Shown here in pieces: positions 60,884 to 64,000 of a stretch of DNA of 64,000 nt; position 1 is the stretch's first letter, and each line of letters begins with the position of its first letter. A model generated the notes under the pieces. That model had not been told where the DNA came from. It was given only the letters and a program-made list of their open reading frames with translations, and did no database searches. The stretch is from Eledone cirrhosa. Taxonomy: Eukaryota. The stretch lies in assembly GCA_964016885.1 (NCBI GenBank), contig OZ024742.1, positions 283,278,001 to 283,342,000 of the forward strand, written 5' to 3'. The position numbers and the translations under genes were made by a program.

Positions 60884-61113
60884 GAGAGAGAGAGAGTTTG
60901 TATGGTAGTGTATTTGGGAGTGATTGGCGGAAGCTGTAGAGAAAGGGGGAAAATTATAAGTATTCTGAGAAGCAGACGACTGCAGACGGGGTGACAGGGG
61001 GGAGAGTGTATATAGGGGAGCAACCGACATAGAGTTGAAGAGAGTGTGAAGTGGAATGGGGGATCAAACTATATATATAGAGGGAGAAAAATGATTGTGT
61101 ATTTATATACACC

Positions 61114-62109
<996 letters not shown>

Positions 62110-62359
62110 TTGTATAATATTGTATAATGGCGGAGATGGTGGAGTAAGTGGTCAATAAAAAAGATATATATATTCATAGGGGAAGGAGGAAAGAAAGGCG
62201 TTCGATAAATGTAGAGATGTAGGGAGAAATGTTGAGAGAGACGGGATAGGACTCAAAGTGGGTGGGAAGGAATAGAGTATGAGTGTGTGAATATGTTAAA
62301 TAGTGTAAGAGGGAAAGGAAGAGGAAGGGAAAATAGATTTAACCAAGTGCACAGCATCA

Positions 62360-62730
62360 GTCCGTGACGTAAGCTAACGTTACACGGATGACAGGCGAAC
62401 GAATGCGATTGACAATGTTTAAACGTTCGAATGATTGTTTGACTATAGGACCAACAATGGTAAACAACAGACGACAAAGTCTTTGTCGGATTTGAAACTC
62501 TTTGTATCGTAATTTTGTATAATAATTGAATATTGAATAAATATACATATATATTTTTTAAGTTACCGATTTCGGTTTTATACACCACAAATATATTTGT
62601 TTAACCATGAGGAGATTCACGTTCGACTGATAAAATTCAGCACCAACATGGTAAACAACAGACGACGAAGATTTAGTCGGATTTGAAACTTTGTATATCG
62701 AAATTTTTATATAACGATTGGACATTGAAT
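62360..62730 (+). promoter_or_regulatory. Candidate promoter/5' UTR region of the downstream gene
   Basis: Non-repetitive sequence just upstream of the ATG, with a CRE-like TGACGTAA near 62365 and a duplicated ~80-bp block containing the forkhead-type motif GTAAACAA. Confidence 0.3.
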
Positions 62731-62766
62731 AAAACAAAGTCGACCACAGAATATCAAGGGATAGCT

Positions 62767-63261
62767 ATGAAGAAAATCACGCGCAGGCCAAGCAGGCGGA
62801 TTATCACTACGTCTAAAAGCGGTGCCGGGGACGCCAGTGGAGGCCCTCAGGAAACTGGTGAAAATGTTACCAATTCAGAACAGAAAATCCCAGAGAAAAA
62901 AGTTCAGGAGAAAAAGTCTCTCGGACCTAAAAACAATTCTGAACAAAAAAACACCGAACAAAAAACCGCCGACTTGAAAAACTCTGATCCGAAACACTCC
63001 GAACAGAAAACCACAGAGCATAAAGGTTCAGGGCAGAAAACCCCAGAACAGAAAGGTCCCTTGCAAACCAGAAAGGGTTCTGATGGGATTAATCTGAAAG
63101 AAAATAACAAGGATCCTTCTCCTCCTACAAAAGCTATTCCGCAACAATGGACACTTTCCGAGACGTTGTTGTCGTTATGTCAGAAGAAAGATTGGTTGGG
63201 GACCGAGATGCGTATGAAGACGTTGGAAAGAGATAACAAGGAGGTGAACCAGGCGGATAAG
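62767..63261 (+). CDS. Probable first coding exon of an ankyrin-repeat protein, most likely NompC/TRPN mechanosensitive channel
   Basis: ATG at 62767, 165 non-microsatellite codons, ending at AAG|GTGAGG donor (phase 0). The last residues [29 protein letters not shown] resemble the NompC pre-ankyrin helix (ANKVLGLAMKSEWTPIEAELKKLEK in fly, from memory). Identity is inference; later exons lie outside the window. Confidence 0.6.
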
Positions 63262-63364
63262 GTGAGGTCTTCATTCATTTTCCTTTCTTCTTCTTCTTTT
63301 TCTTCTTCTAATATATTTTTTTTCATTGTACTGTCTCGTCTGCTTTGTTAGTTCTGTTTTCTTT

Positions 63365-63410
<46 letters not shown>

Positions 63411-63540
63411 GGAGGTGAGTTTTATTGTAGTACAATAAAGAAATGCAGATATCGGATAAGTAGCACTCTACAGTTTGTAGGACTGGAGTATAAATAATAT
63501 ATAAGATCAAAAGATGGAACTCTTTTAACCATCTTTTGAT

Positions 63541-63593
<53 letters not shown>

Positions 63594-63890
63594 ATAATTA
63601 TATATATATATAATATACATGTGTGTGTGTGTGTGTGAAGATGCAGGAATTACTTAGTGGTTAAGGAGTTCGCTTCGTAACCGAGTGGTTTCGTGTCCAA
63701 TCCAACTTCCAGGTTTCTTCGACTAAGGCCTTGAAGTGACCAATACCTTGTAAGTAAAAGTCTGTAGACGAATACTTTGTATATGTATTTATGTTCTTCT
63801 AGTTTAATTTGCTTCTATTTCTTGCCAATAAAGAGAAAGAAGGCTTTTTCAATGAATCTTTGACATCAACTCGGTAAGTACGTCTGCATA

Positions 63891-63922
<32 letters not shown>

Positions 63923-64000
63923 TGTGTGTGCGTGCGTGAGCGTGTGTGTGTATGTGTGTGTGTATGTGTGTGTGTGAGTGTGTGTGTGTGTGTGTGTGTA

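Noticed and set aside
63262-63351. C-terminal part of the 222-aa ORF
   Set aside because: Lies after a canonical GTGAG donor and is a pyrimidine-rich low-complexity run; probably intron.

Overview
AT-rich, microsatellite-saturated animal genomic DNA. The SINE families and the (TA)n/(CA)n density suggest an octopod cephalopod (inference). The window opens inside the giant terminal exon of a Dachsous-type atypical cadherin (3..2357, +): last cadherin repeats, transmembrane helix and the full conserved cytoplasmic tail. It closes with a probable first coding exon (62767..63261, +) resembling the N-terminus of NompC/TRPN. The ~60 kb between them has no recognisable host exons and is filled with mobile elements: a 5'-truncated Penelope-like element (PLE; RT + GIY-YIG) with an inverted pseudo-LTR (pLTR), a CRE-clade restriction-like-endonuclease (RLE) retrotransposon, CR1, RTE and R4-like LINE relics, a Chapaev3-like and a mariner relic, hAT/piggyBac/Tc2-like MITEs, two tRNA-derived SINE families, and 74-, 21- and ~35-40-bp minisatellites. 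The most striking non-obvious signal is a dispersed set of short islands sitting inside (TA)n tracts. Many are fold-back palindromes with a one-sided tail, and many carry minimal type-I hammerhead ribozyme (HHR) motifs (CUGAnGA..GAAA..UH), usually followed closely by AATAAA. One is a head-to-tail ~367-bp dimer with one HHR per unit (retrozyme-like). Nearly all other ORFs in the supplied track are microsatellite artefacts. All calls were made by eye; no searches or folding programs were run.
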